From Rhynchopus sp. YZ270_cl-10 (Eukaryota), in assembly GCA_964035575.1 (NCBI GenBank), contig OZ037843.1, forward strand, positions 1,116,001 to 1,180,000: DNA of 64,000 nt, in the 5' to 3' direction. The position numbers were made by a program, and so were the translations under genes. Shown piece by piece: positions 36,109 through 49,260 of the stretch. Each line of letters begins with the position of its first letter. Positions within the stretch are counted from its first letter, which is position 1. Under the pieces are notes generated by a model, which had not been told where the DNA came from, did no database searches, and saw only the letters and a program-made list of their open reading frames with translations.

Positions 36109-36894
36109 TTTTCAACTTACCTTCCTTCACCCCCCTGTAAGGGCAACCGTAGGTGAAGTAAGGTATAGTATTGAAATCGATGTGGGGGGGGAGTAAAGGG
36201 TCAATTTTACAAAACCAGATTTTGAGGAAAATTTTAGCCGAAAATGGGCTCCACGTATAAGCAACCGGGCTCATATTTCTCAAAATTTAAGTGGTCAAAA
36301 AATTGTCCAATTTTCGAGATTGACCCCACCACTGCACGGGCGGAGCCCCAAAATGCAAATAAGGACCCTTTTTCAACTTACCTTCCTTCACCCCCCTGTA
36401 AGGGCAACCGTAGGTGAAGTAAGGTATAGTATTGAAATCAATGTGGGGGGGGGAGTAAAGGGTCAATTTTACAAAACCAGATTTTGAGGAAAATTTTAGC
36501 CGAAAATGGGCTCCACGTATAAGCAACCGGGCTCATATTTCTCAAAATTTAAGTGGTCAAAAAATTGTCCAATTTTCGAGATTGACCCCACCACTGCACG
36601 GGCGGAGCCCAAAAATGCAAATAAGGACCCTTTTCAACTTACCTTCCTTCACCCCCCTGTAAGGGCAACCGTAGGTGAAGTAAGGTATAGTATTGAAATC
36701 GATGTGGGGGGGGAGTAAAGGGTCAATTTTACAAAACCAGATTTTGAGGAAAATTTTAGCCGAAAATGGGCTCCACGTATAAGCAACCGGGCTCATATTT
36801 CTCAAAATTTAAGTGGTCAAAAAATTGTCCAATTTTCGAGATTGACCCCACCACTGCACGGGCGGAGCCCAAAAATGCAAATAAGGACCCTTTT
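36109..36894. repeat. Three tandem copies of a 261-bp unit derived from a dispersed repeat
   Basis: CAACTTACCTTCC at 36113, 36374 and 36635. Related sequence at ~41280-41470 and, inverted, at ~7960-8060. Confidence 0.9.
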
Positions 36895-37578
36895 AAATTT
36901 GTTCTCTTGAAATGTGTAATTTCATGTTTTCGCGAAAAAAATGACAACTGATCCTACGAGGGTTGAAGGAAGGTGGTTGAAAACAACAATAACAACAAGG
37001 ACAAGTAATTGCTAAGAAAAATGCGGGGTGTGCTGTGGAAAACTCCGCGCGATTTTCGAAACCACCGTAGCATCCTGGCGATTTGCTGGAGGTGCTGATG
37101 CGCCTGGTGTGATCGATGTGTTGTAGTCTGTGCATTCTGTGTTCCTTCCGCACTGCTCCAACGACGACGACAATGTGGGGAGCCTGTGGACAAAAACGAG
37201 CTGGACCACGCCGAGCCTGCCGAGCGGGCGTCCAACAACGCTATCGAGCAGATGGTGCTGGACGAAGAGGACAGCCCCCCTTCTTGAACGTTTCAGATGC
37301 TGGCGTCCCAGTGGGTCTGGCAGCGTACGAAGAGCGTTAGCATACCTGCAGAAGAGCAGAATGCTGGGCGTGTTGTAGATTATTTCTACAGGATGGAGTT
37401 CCACATCACACCCCGTTTTTTTTCCGATAGCAATTACTTGTTTTTATTTTTTCGCAGATTTTCCCCAAAATTAGCATGACCTCTCGGCTTGGCACCGACT
37501 GTCTGCGGCATTGAACCGAAGACAGCATCTGGTGCTAAGTTTTGCGTTTTTTGCGGTCGATTCCACCTCATTTATTTT

Positions 37579-38717
37579 CACGGATCGGAAAAGTACTTTG
37601 CCCAAAAGTAAAGTACTTTCCAAAAAAAAAAAAGTACTTGAAAAAAAAAAGTACTTTTTTTTTTTCTGTGCAAAAATTGTACGGACAGGGCGTTCGCCCC
37701 GGGGCGAAAAATATTTTTTTTCGTTAAAAAAATCTTTTCCTGAAAAAATGACATTTTATTTCGCCCCAGGGCTTCGCCCCACCGGGGCGAAACCCTGTAT
37801 AAATAAATAAATAAATAAAAAAAAAAAGGGGGGAAAAAAAAAATGAGAGAGAGATTTCTCCCCCCCAACCTGTCGACCCCCCCGGAGGGGGGGTCGCAGA
37901 GGGGGTGTCCACTGTACTCAAAATCATCCGCAAACCCGCCTGCCGTGAAAGTAAGTTTCCCCAGCACTCCCGCTCGCTCCTCAATCCTGCAGTCTGCTGA
38001 AGGTGTCCCGTACCCCCTGTTATAGAAGGTGTCACTACTCGTGTCAACTCTACCTTCAACGGCAGAGAGACGTTTTAGTTGATTGAAAATAATCAAACTA
38101 AGGATGAAGTCTCATATGACAGATGCCTCTCTCTTGTACATCTGTTTGATTAAACAGCACAAAGAGACCCTCAGTGAGGGGGGGATTGATGAAATTCTCC
38201 ATCGTTTTGCTGGTTTTAGTGCTGGGGAAGGGATCACGCGCAAATCGCAATTTTTTTTCGACCACTCAGTACCGGGGATTCACCCCCACGAACTAGCTTC
38301 TCTCCGGCGGGAAAATTTTTTTTGACCTATTTTAAGCACTAGTAAAAAAGCAAAAATTTCGGGTTTTTTGGCATTTCGCCACGATCAGGAAAAAACGATG
38401 GCGATAGCGAACGCCCTGTGTACGGAGGAAAAAAAAAAAAGTACTTTTTTTTTTCCCGTCAAAAAATTGTACGGAGAAAAAGAAATAAAAAGTACTTTTT
38501 TTTTTTCCAGTGTTCTAAATTTTTTGTACAGAAAAAAAAAAAGTACTTTTTATTTTTTCTCTCCGTACAATTTTTGATGGAAAAATAAAAAGTACTTTTT
38601 ATTTTCCTGTACAATTTTGATGGAAAAAAAAAAAGTACTTTTTTTTTCGAAAAGTGAAAAAGTACTTTTTTTGACCAAAAAATATCACTTTTTAAAAAAG
38701 TACTTTTCCGAACCGTG
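37579..38717. mobile_element. Deleted hAT-like element with 6-bp TSD
   Basis: TIR CACGGATCGGAAAAGTAC / GTACTTTTCCGAACCGTG. TSD TATTTT is confirmed by the empty site at ~8781-8796. Many AAAAGTACTTTT subterminal palindromes. Confidence 0.85.
37981..38260 (+). pseudogene. hAT transposase C-terminal dimerisation-domain remnant
   Basis: YPLL*KVSLLVSTLPSTAERRFS*LKIIKLRMKSHMTDASLLYICLIK...IDEILHRFA resembles the hAT ERxFSxLKxIK..LR..M motif; two stop codons. Confidence 0.7.
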
Positions 38718-38765
38718 TATTTTTATTGAGGTCATGTGCCGCTGCGCGGGACTGGGTTCGGGTAC

Positions 38766-39179
38766 GTGTACGTGTACGTGTACGTGTACGTGTACGTGTA
38801 CGTGTACGTGTACGTGTACGTGTACGTGTACGTGTACGTGTACGTGTACGTGTACGTGTACGTGTACGTGTACGTGTACGTGTACGTGTACGTGTACGTG
38901 TACGTGTACGTGTACGTGTACGTGTACGTGTACGTGTACGTGTACGTGTACGTGTACGTGTACGTGTACGTGTACGTGTACGTGTACGTGTACGTGTACG
39001 TGTACGTGTACGTGTACGTGTACGTGTACGTGTACGTGTACGTGTACGTGTACGTGTACGTGTACGTGTACGTGTACGTGTACGTGTACGTGTACGTGTA
39101 CGTGTACGTGTACGTGTACGTGTACGTGTACGTGTACGTGTACGTGTACGTGTACGTGTACGTGTACGTGTACGTGTAC
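38766..39179. repeat. Perfect (GTGTAC)x69 array
   Basis: 414 bp; same flanks as the 8831 array. Confidence 0.97.
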
Positions 39180-39729
39180 AGCTCCATTAATTACACCACA
39201 CTGTTTTGTGTTGATTGTCTTTTCCAAGACGTTCAATTTCCCCACAACCTTCCTTCCCCTCGTACAAAATGAAAATGAAATAAGAGAGCCAGTTAGACCT
39301 ACGAGGTCTTGCTGTATCAAAACCCATTTTTGGATGCGTTTGCACTTCAAACTTCTCTCTGTCGTCCACCTGAGTTTGCAGTTTGAAATTTGTGGTGTTT
39401 GGTGTTATTTAAACTCTGCGAAATTTCAGGCAAAGTGAGATGCGTAGTTTGAAATGGTTTGTTAGTGCGTGCGGATGTTTACACTCGTTTATTTGTGTTT
39501 TTATTTTATTCGTCTTTTTGCGGAGGTCACGTACACTTTCTACAGGGGACAGTGAAATGAGATTGGCATTGTGCAACGTGCGTGAAAGAAATAATGTTTA
39601 TGTTCTGAAACTGACCGCAGCGTGAAGATAATTATTTTAACCTTCGGATGCAGCACAGGTGCCTGTCCTAATTATTTAGACAGAAACAGTGTTAGAAACC
39701 AATCTTCTGAAAGTCAATGTATGCACGTA

Positions 39730-41639
39730 AACCCCCCTCACAGCTATTGTTTACATATTTTTATGTAAATAGTATTCGTGCATGTAAATAATACCATACA
39801 ATGCAACGAGGCCGAGTCGGCCTCGCCAAGGCCTGAAAATAAATACTCAGGCGTGCCTGAGGCGTACTCGGGATTAGTTACGTTTAAGTACGCCTCAGGC
39901 ACGCCTGAGTATATTTTTATTTCACTTTCTTACCAGCATTTTGGTCATGAACAAAAAAGTATTTCCCCCCAAATTTTGTGGCTTTCGATTCAGAGGTAGC
40001 AAAATCTTTCAAATGCGGGGTCGCACGATGAAAAATGTGCCTCTGGGCCGAGCGAGTCGAAAAAATGAAAAGGGTTCGCTAAGCTTTGGTGTTGATGATA
40101 TATATTCTGGTGGTACCTTCGGGTATTTCATTGATTCAAGAATCATTGGAAACAAATTTAGGGGGTACTTTTCGACTGGGTCCCTTCGGGGCCCAACTTG
40201 ATGCAAGACGGAAGAGGCTCACACAAGGCTGGACCCTCTAACACTAGAGAGATACCATCGAGATCCCAGAATTTTACACAGGCCTCCTTGATCCACAGAC
40301 CACAGCTCTATTTTTAGTACAACTATGGGGTGACCAAAGGACTTTTTTACACATACCCGAGGTATGACTCATCTTCTGCGAAGCCTCTTTTTGGAGGCAG
40401 TTTACTGTAAGCAGTAACCATGATATTTTTCCACTAAAAATATCTTGCGACCCCGCAATTTTCTCAGCAGGACACCGAAAGTTGATTCCAGCACATTTCA
40501 GGGGGCGGAGGAAATACATGGCATGCCTTAGAAACGTGATGACCTGTGCATAATAATTTTATATATCAGCAGAAATATGAACCCGGCTATACTTTCCCCT
40601 GGTTTTTGGTGCAAACTTAAAGTCACGCATGTTTTTCTAAAAAAATTGTCCGACCCCGGAATTTTTTCAGATCGCTCCGGAAATGCATCAGAGGCCCTTT
40701 TTGCGGGGGAAAAATACACACCAGGCGCCTGGAACGCAAGCATATACTCAGGCGTGCCTGAGGCGTACTTAAACGTAACTAATCCCGAGTACGCCTCAGG
40801 CACGCCTCAGATATATTTTCCAGAAATGAGTATTTTCAGGCGTACCCGGCCTCGTTGCATTGTATGTAATACATGTAAATAATTTAAATGTAAATAGTAC
40901 ATGTAAATACCGTAAAAATATTTATTCTGGGCTGTAACTATTCTGAGACAGAAGTATACTGGACCGGAACATAACTGGAACACTTGGGGTTTTTGGGGGT
41001 GTCCCAGTTTTGTTCCGGCCCAGAACAGTTCTGTTGGGGTAAAATTTTTATTCCCATTCCCACCCCACCCAGGTGCATAGTGCATCTTTGGGCAAAAAAA
41101 ATTCGTCGCACTCCTCGTTTTTTTTGACAAGGCACGGATACCCCCCCAAAACAATGCTGGTACGGAACAAAACTGGAACAATCGACGATTTTTTGGGGTG
41201 TTCCAGTTTTGTTCCGGCCCAGAATAAATATTTTTACGGTAATTATTACTCATGTATTGTTTACATTTTCCACACCTCCCCTGTAGGGTAACCGAAGGTG
41301 AAGTGAGGTATAGTATTGAAATTGATGCGGGTGAAGGGTCAATTTTACAAACCCGGATTTTGTGAAAATTTTTGGCCGAAAATGGGCCCCACCTAGTGAC
41401 CGGGCTCATATTTTCGAAACTTAAGTGGTCAAAAATTTGTCCAATTTTCAACATCAACCCCACCACTTTCTGGACAGATTCCGGAAATGCCAAAAAATTG
41501 TGTTTGGGTCACGAATCCGCACCCCGTCACCAAAAACCGGCAAAAAAAAGGGGGAAATATATAATTCGAATGTAAATAGTATTGGATGTAAATAATAGCT
41601 GTGGATAATTATATGTAAACAATAGCTGGGAGGGGGGTT
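39730..41639. mobile_element. TIR element with TA TSD and ATGTAAATA motifs
   Basis: AACCCCCCTCACAGCTATTGTTTACATA / TATGTAAACAATAGCTGGGAGGGGGGTT. Absent from the homologous site at ~10140. Confidence 0.8.
39795..40866. mobile_element. Nested TIR element with 6-bp TSD
   Basis: TIR CATACAATGCAACGAGGCCG / CGGCCTCGTTGCATTGTATG; TSD TAATAC on both sides; matching subterminal hairpins. Confidence 0.88.
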
Positions 41640-42467
41640 TAATTGCTTTTTCTTTTCACATTTTGTGCAACGAATAAATACGATTGGCTGCATCTGTAGA
41701 ACGTCCTTTGTACTTTCTCTTCTTTGATGTGAAAGTATATGAAACCAGTGTATGAATAAAGAATGTTGGAAGCAAAAAAGGAATAACAAAACAATCTGGT
41801 TTTCAACAGGGACTACAAAATTTTTTGTGCTTTCATCCGGATGGCTGGCATCGTACGTGGGTCAGTCGGAGGTGACTGCATCAACAACTACAGTTTTGTT
41901 TTTCTTCTTTGGTACTCTTGCTGTCTTTGTCTGTGTTTTCTTTTGCACTGACAAGACATCGTGGCTGCTCTTCCGGTTCTCATTCAGGAAGAAGCCCGGG
42001 ACCGTGCTCCGGTTGGACCGTTTTTACCCGGTTTGTACATCATGAATTCATTTTTGTGGTCCTGGGCTGGACCTTAAATTACACCCAAGGTGTTGACCGC
42101 TCGAATCGATGTCTCCTACCTGAGAGATTACCAAACAGAAGACGAGGGGTATGCGGGGGCGTTTCTGCGCCTATAACTTTTCAGCAACCCTGCCTCTTCT
42201 GCACCGCATAGCCTTTGTCTTTCTTTTTGGGTATGCGGGACTCTCCCCCTTGTCCTCAGGGTGCTAAACGTCCCTGCCCCTTCCCTATGCAAAGTTAAAC
42301 CCTGGCAGGGTATATAAATGCTGGGCCGTGGCTTCCCCATGCTATGACGGGTGCTCGCACCTGGAGCATGAAACAGCGACAAACTGTCAGGCCAGGACTT
42401 CTGTTCTGCTACACCTATAGGTTACGGTGTACTGCCTGTAAGGATGTTCATATAAATCCCTAAGAAA

Positions 42468-42603
42468 CACTGGACTACGTTGAGTTTAGCTTCGCTGAGA
42501 AACTGATTCCTGAGCGCGAGGCTGTCCCTTCGTGGCGATACATGCTGCCGTTCGTGGGGAGTGCACACACACCGCTGTGCGCTCTTCGTGCACGATACAA
42601 GGG
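42468..42603 (+). pseudogene. Fragment of the multi-TM gene family
   Basis: Similar to ~45306-45445 and reads ...EKLIPEREAVPSWRYMLPFVGSAHTPLCAL. Confidence 0.75.
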
Positions 42604-42680
42604 TGCTTACTGCCTGCTCTTACAATTTATAAAAAAGGACAAAAAAAAGTAAAAAACAAACTGAGGCCCGTTTTGTAGTA

Positions 42681-42924
42681 TTTTTTTTTTTTTTTACAAT
42701 TACCTACATTGTAGGCGGGTTTAGTGCTGCCGCGGGTGCTGGCACATGACCCTGGTACTGCCTCGTACCACGTTTACTTGTTGTTCTACGTGGCGGGGTT
42801 CCTCACCGCTCAAGGCAGTGGGGGACAGTTTCCCTGTCCTTGTTTTGAGGGGACTACACAGACAGCACACATCTCCCCCCCCTATGTGGCAGTTGAGCCT
42901 GGTTGGGTGGCTCCCTGGCCTGAC
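42681..42924 (-). mobile_element. Poly(A)-tailed retroposon (SINE or LINE 3' end)
   Basis: T15 followed by the reverse complement of 45801..46005. Related fragment at ~60175-60240. Confidence 0.75.
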
Positions 42925-43860
42925 TTTGTGGAAAAAAAGTATTTTGAGCAACAAGCAAAGAGTGACGAGTCTCTCGAGAATTTCTTTTATGATTCCACGC
43001 AATGTTATAGGAACATTGCACACTCTACCCCACTCCCCTTTCTTTTTTCCTATTCTAGGGCGGGTTGGGGTTAGCCACACACTGACAGGTCGAGGTGTGT
43101 GAGCTTCACCCACAACCTACCCCCTTTTGTCTTTATTGTTTTCATTGTTTTTATTGTGACGTGCGCGTTTACGAACTGAGTCATGATTGCCCTTAGGGTC
43201 CCCGCTATGCTCCCACGGTAACAATTACAGTTTTTTTTGTCCGTTAAAAAGGCTGGGGTATAAAGAGGTCGCGTGATTCGCCGAGCGGTTGTGAACCGCC
43301 TCCGTTCTCTTACGGTACGGACCCACTCACGTCCCCACCCTTTGCATGAGCTCGACTGAGATGTGTTGTAGCACGTTTCAACTACTCTTTTTGTTCGGGG
43401 GTAGGGAAACACAAAAAGGAAAAGTAGGAGTGCGGTTTCAATTTTGTTCTCAAGAGGTAAGATAATCTACGGAAAGTGGGTGTCTGCATACTGTATTTCA
43501 TTGAGTATTTGTTTTACCACTCACACACCCAGACAGAGAAACACGTATTACAAATTTGCAGAGCGATAAACGAAACGAAAAAAAAAGTTGTTCTCACCCC
43601 CAAGCAGCATCTATTGCCTGCTACCCAAGGTATTCCATCAAAGATTCGCGGGATAGTTCTGTAGTCTTGACGCTCATGTTTCCAAACATATTTCTCCCCC
43701 TCGCGTCGCCCTCTCCTGCTATGCTATGCTCTCGCTTGTTTGTTTGGCACTGTCCTCACCATTTTGTGTGTGTGTGTGTGTGTCCACAAACCCTCTGTGT
43801 GCACACTGAGCGCCGTACACCCTTCCCCACATTTACTTACACACAGGACACCCAAGAGCA

Positions 43861-45847
43861 ATGCAGTATTCCCTGGTGCTGGTCACATATGTGTTGGCGC
43901 TGCTGTGCCCGTTGCTGTGTGCGGGGTATCTGTTTGCTGCAGACCCGGACGTTGTGATATACCGACACGAGGCATACGTGAACGTGACGGGCAACAACAC
44001 TGACAGCAGCACTGTGAACGAGACGAGCAACGAGACAGTCTTCTGCGACCTTGATACGCAGGTGTGCACCAACGGGGATGCACTCTGCGCACAGGGCGAC
44101 AAGCTTGTGTTGGGGAGCGACTGTGATCCGACTGGGTTGTGGGCGGCCTTGCTGCTCCTGAAGTGGGTGTACATCTTTGTGTGGCTGACACGTCTGCCCA
44201 TTCTCTTCACTTCTGTCATGCACGCGGTTGGCAAGGAAGGGAAGGTGACACCACCCCATAAGCTTGTGGACGTCTGCAGCGTGGTCTCGCAGCTGGCTTC
44301 CTTCGCCGCCTTTGTGATAACCGTCGCAGCGTTCTCCCAGCGCATGCAATTCTGGAGTCGCACGGAGCAAGTAGTCTACTTCCCCACAGGCTTCCCGTTC
44401 ATGCTGTGGTACGTCATGCGACTCGATTTCGGCCTATCGCTGCTACTGCCGCTTTGGTTCAATATTTGTGACTATTCCCGCGTAGCATTTCCATTGGCAC
44501 TGATAGAACTGTTGATCACATTTTTCTCCTCTTTTGCCTCCTCTTGTATTGGTATTGCCCACACCATGGCCATGGTTGGTACGCATCCAATAATGCCATA
44601 TTACATGCCGTTTGTAGTCCTCACTGCCCTCGCATACCCGGCGTGGGTCTGTTCCATCCACTCGAGCTATTTAGGGGGCCTTGTGGAGTTGCTCACAGTG
44701 TGCAGCTTCTTTGTGTACACAGCGTCGTACTACGCGTTGGGCGTGGAGGACAGGGAGGACACCACCTACTTCATGTACGGCCTCCACAGATTGCAAATGA
44801 TGGCTCCGATATGTCTGTTCTGGGTTGCCCTTAGCACTACACCTGTGAGGGAGACAGTTCCGCAGAAGCACATCTACAAGCCTATCAGCTGGGAAGGGGT
44901 CTGTGCGATGCCTGAGCAACAAGCTGCCGCAGTCGCTCGTGTCCTGAGTGCGATCGATACTGCGATTGCCGCAAGAAGCAGGAAAAACGGCACAGACTCT
45001 CGCACACCCGAAGCCTTGCCCCAGGACACTCTCCACACTGCGTTCCATGGTGCGACGGTAGCTAAGATGAGTAGAATTGTGGAGTACTTTTGCGGAACCC
45101 AAAACGGATTTGCGATCATTGTGGCCAGCAGAGTGCTCATCGACAGGAATGACCTGCTGGTGGACATGGACATCCCTGCTTCTCTGAAGTACAGACTCTT
45201 GAAAGCATGCGACGATGAAGCACTCTCAACACACGTGCTGGACAAGATTCCCATTGCTGAGTTGTGCAAATCAATCAACGACGTTGAGAGGAACCCAGAC
45301 GAGGCACTGGACTACGTTGAAAATTTCGTCTGCGTTGAGAAACTGATTCCTGAGTGCAAGGGTCCCTTCGTGGCGATACATGCTGCCGTTCGTGGGGAGT
45401 GCGCACACACCGCTGTGCGCTCTTCTTGCACGTGGATACAAGGAAGTGCTTCCGAAGAAGAGGCTTTACATAGCAGCTGCTGTGATGTGGGTGTGTGTGT
45501 ATCTGGCGGGTCTTTCGTTTTCGATCTACGTCTGTGTGACACTTGGGTTGGAGGAGGACACGGACGGAAGCATGCCGCTGTTCCTTGCGTTCCTTGTGCC
45601 GGCAGGTGTGCTGGTCTCGCACGACGTGGTGTCACCATCCCTTCGCCACGCGCTGTGCACACAACGAACAAGACGTGCTGCAAACAACCCTCCTTCTGTG
45701 AAGGTGAGAGGGTGGAGCCCAGACTTCACTTTGTCGCAGCCCCTGAATTACCCTCGAACAGTTAAGCGTGCGGATGTGACGATACAACTTGAAGAGGTGA
45801 AGGCTCAACTGCCACATAGGGGGGGGAGATGTGTGCTGTCTGTGTAG
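43861..45847 (+). pseudogene. Signal peptide + Cys-rich ectodomain + ~7TM protein of unrecognised family; 2-nt frameshift at ~45361
   Basis: ORF 43861..45765 continues logically into the 45380 frame (two more TM segments) once the 2 nt present in the 42468 fragment are restored. ACACACAG acceptor upstream; paralog at 62764. Confidence 0.75.
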
Positions 45848-46025
45848 TCCCCTCAAAACAAGAACAGGTAAACTGTCCCCCACTGCCTTGAGCGGTGTGG
45901 AACCCCGCCACGTAGAACAACAAGAAAACGTGGTAGGAGGCAGTACCAGGGTCATGTGCCAGCACTCGCGGCAGCACTAAACCCGCCTACAATGTAGGTA
46001 ATCGTAAAAAAAAAAAAAAAAAAAA
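45801..46025 (+). mobile_element. Poly(A)-tailed retroposon, 5'-truncated
   Basis: ~200-bp match to the 42681 copy, followed by A20. Confidence 0.75.
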
Positions 46026-46247
46026 TTGTTTGTAAATCAAGATACTTGACAATAGGAAATAGAAACGACGGAAGGTGCACCTCCAGCTTGTGTTTTCCTC
46101 TCCCGCTGTTTTTCTCGCACGCCAGCGAAAAAAACACATACCATACCATATTTTCTGGTTTTTCAGGGTGATGTCTATTTTTTTCTCAAAAAAAAATTTT
46201 TTTGGTCGGTGTCCTCACTTTTAACATGGGATGTGACCCCCCCTAGG

Positions 46248-47174
46248 CATAGGTGCCCGCCGAGTCGTTTTTGGGCGAGTTGTCGGAACTTTACGATTTC
46301 ACCTAACAACTCGCCCAAAACTCGCACAACTCGGCCACAACTCGCCCTATACTCGGCACAACTCGCCCTATACTCGGCACAACTCGACCACAACTCGGCC
46401 ACAACTCGCCCATGTTTACAGGCAAAAACATACAGGGATGGGAGGGGACATTGTAAGGTTACACACATGTAACGTTGGTTGGAACACATGATATCAAGAA
46501 AAACAACCAGGGCTAAGGCCAAACGCCACTCATTACATGCACCTTGTCATATGACTAGTCATAGGTGGTAACTAGGTCGTGGTGGTCCATGGGCCACCGT
46601 GTACACTCACGATTTTTGGTAATTGCTGGGGGGAATGGGATACTCCGTACATGGATACCCACACAGAACACACGGTTCCCCAGACATCTGTCAGGCAATC
46701 ACTGATTCACTTCCCACAGGTCGGGCAGGCGCTGCCTGCCCATCTCTTTTCCTGTCTGCTATCGATTCCAGGTTCACAACGTTCACACGTTTAGTCAAAA
46801 TACTTTGGGCAACGACTTCCTTTGGGATACACAAAACCACACAAAGCGCACATTCACAGACCAGCTGTGAAGCGGCAAAGAGTCGTTCAAGCTGGAATGC
46901 ACAAGATAAAACGTGATGAGGTGTACCTGTGTACCTGTGTACCTGTGTACCTGTGTACCTGTGTACCTGTGTACCTGTGTACCTGTGTACCTGTGTACCT
47001 GTGTACCTGTGTACCTGTGTACCTGTGTACCTGTGTACCTGTGTACCTGTGTACCTGTGTTTTTGTAGCCATAAAAAATCCCAAAAAAAAACAACTCGCC
47101 CAAAAAAAATGGGCGAGTTGTTGGCCGAATTTGGGCGAGTTGCCGAGTTGTTTTTAACTCGCCGGGCACCTATG
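46248..47174. mobile_element. MITE with CATAGGTGCCCG TIR, inserted at CCTAGG
   Basis: Empty site visible in the opposite arm (~55760). TSD is CCTAGG (TA or CTAG are formally equivalent). Many ACAACTCGSC subterminal motifs. Confidence 0.88.
46921..47060. repeat. Perfect (GTGTACCT)x17.5 array
   Basis: Uninterrupted 8-mer inside the MITE. Confidence 0.95.
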
Positions 47175-48739
47175 CCTAGGGGGGGGGGGTCTGGGGGCGG
47201 GAATTTTGTTACTTAGGATGGAATATTTTTTTTTTCAACGGTACAAATTGGGGTCGGAAAATTTTTTTGACCAATTTTTGCCCACAAAAAATCGAAAAAA
47301 AAAAATTTTTTTTCCGATTCTCGGGAGACTGTGCGTGCTGTGATGGGGTCATTTTGCGCTGAGAAATGAGTTTTTTTGGCCTAAAATGCATGTGTCAGTT
47401 TTGGGTGTATTTTCACCTAAAAACTGACACATGCATTTTAGGCCAAAAAAACTCATTTCTCAGCGCAAAATGACCCCATCACGGCACGCACAGTCTCCCG
47501 AGAATCGGAAAAAAAAATTTTTTTTTTTTGATTTTTTGTGGGTGGGAAAATTTTTTCGGACCCCCCCTTAGGTTTTGTACAGGGCCCCCCTGTAACTTAG
47601 GGGGGAAACCGTGATTCCCAAAAATTTTTTTGCTCGTTGGGGGGGGGGGGGGGGGGGGTAGGGGATACGACTCCACACGGCGGGGTCCGCACACCCCGAG
47701 GGTCCGTAAAACGGCATGTTAGGACACTCCCTCTTTACGGAGTGTCATTACGTACCCTAGGGTCCGTAATTACGTACCCTAGGGTCCGTAATTACGGAGC
47801 CTCCCAGGGAAAGGGACTCTCGAAAATTTTTTTTTGCCCCCGTTTAGGGCTAATTTCGACGATTTGAGGCCATTAAAAGCAAAATTTGGCACTTTTGAGC
47901 ATCTGTGGGGGTCTAAAACACAGTTTAGAGTACCACAATTTTTAGTGGGTTTTACCGAAAACAAGTCAATTTTTGGGCCGAAAAAAAATTTTTTTTGACA
48001 TCACAAAATTGCCCTTGGTGGGCCTATGTGTCCTCAATGCTGGGCGAAAAATGCAAATATAGCTATTTTTAACTTTCACACACACGGGTTTTACCTGTGT
48101 ACCTGTGTATCTGTGTACCTGTGTACAGGATATTTGTTGTGAAAGACATCTTCCACCATGCATTGAGGAGGGTAAGACAGTGGTCGCAGTTTGTACTTGA
48201 TAGCATTACAACATTTAACTTCTCCACGGGGGTCTTGGGCCGTTCACTCGGTTATACCTTGACTACCGGAAGATATTCTTGAGGCCTTTTTGGTCTCTAG
48301 AATATCCGGTATTCCCGAACGGAGGCGCACTTTGTGTGTTACTACGACCTGGCAATTTCCAGCAGTAGGTTAAGTAATCTTTCTTGTAAATTGTTGGATC
48401 ATTATCTCCTCAGTGCATGAATGCCCCACGTGACTGGACACTTTCGTGTTTGTCATGTGGAGCTGTGGTTGCTTTTTTCACGACTTTTTTCCTTGTACAC
48501 CAGTGTACCGTGTACCGGGGTACCTGGGCCGAAAATACACCAGTACCCAGGTGCCTGGGTGCCCAGACACACCACTGTACCCAGAATCCAGTCTCCCACC
48601 CAGAAAACCTACTCATACACCAGAAAAGTGAAAATAGCTACTCGATCAGAAAAGTCGGCTACGACCAGAAAAGTAGCTGGGAAAAGTTCAGAAAAAGCCA
48701 GAAAATTTCAACAAAACGCATTTTTAGGTTCTCGAAGAC

Positions 48740-49260
48740 ACTGGGTACTGGGTACTGGGTACTGGGTACTGGGTACTGGGTACTGGGTACTGGGTACTGG
48801 GTACTGGGTACTGGGTACTGGGTACTGGGTACTGGGTACTGGGTACTGGGTACTGGGTACTGGGTACTGGGTACTGGGTACTGGGTACTGGGTACTGGGT
48901 ACTGGGTACTGGGTACTGGGTACTGGGTACTGGGTACTGGGTACTGGGTACTGGGTACTGGGTACTGGGTACTGGGTACTGGGTACTGGGTACTGGGTAC
49001 TGGGTACTGGGTACTGGGTACTGGGTACTGGGTACTGGGTACTGGGTACTGGGTACTGGGTACTGGGTACTGGGTACTGGGTACTGGGTACTGGGTACTG
49101 GGTACTGGGTACTGGGTACTGGGTACTGGGTACTGGGTACTGGGTACTGGGTACTGGGTACTGGGTACTGGGTACTGGGTACTGGGTACTGGGTACTGGG
49201 TACTGGGTACTGGGTACTGGGTACTGGGTACTGGGTACTGGGTACTGGGTACTGGGTACT
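48740..49260. repeat. Perfect (ACTGGGT)x74 array (GTAC core)
   Basis: 518 bp of uninterrupted 7-mer. Confidence 0.97.

Noticed and set aside
37147..37287. Coding-like fragment (…DKNELDHAEPAERASNNAIEQMVLDEEDSPPS*)
   Set aside because: No start or recognisable homology; may be a gene relic.
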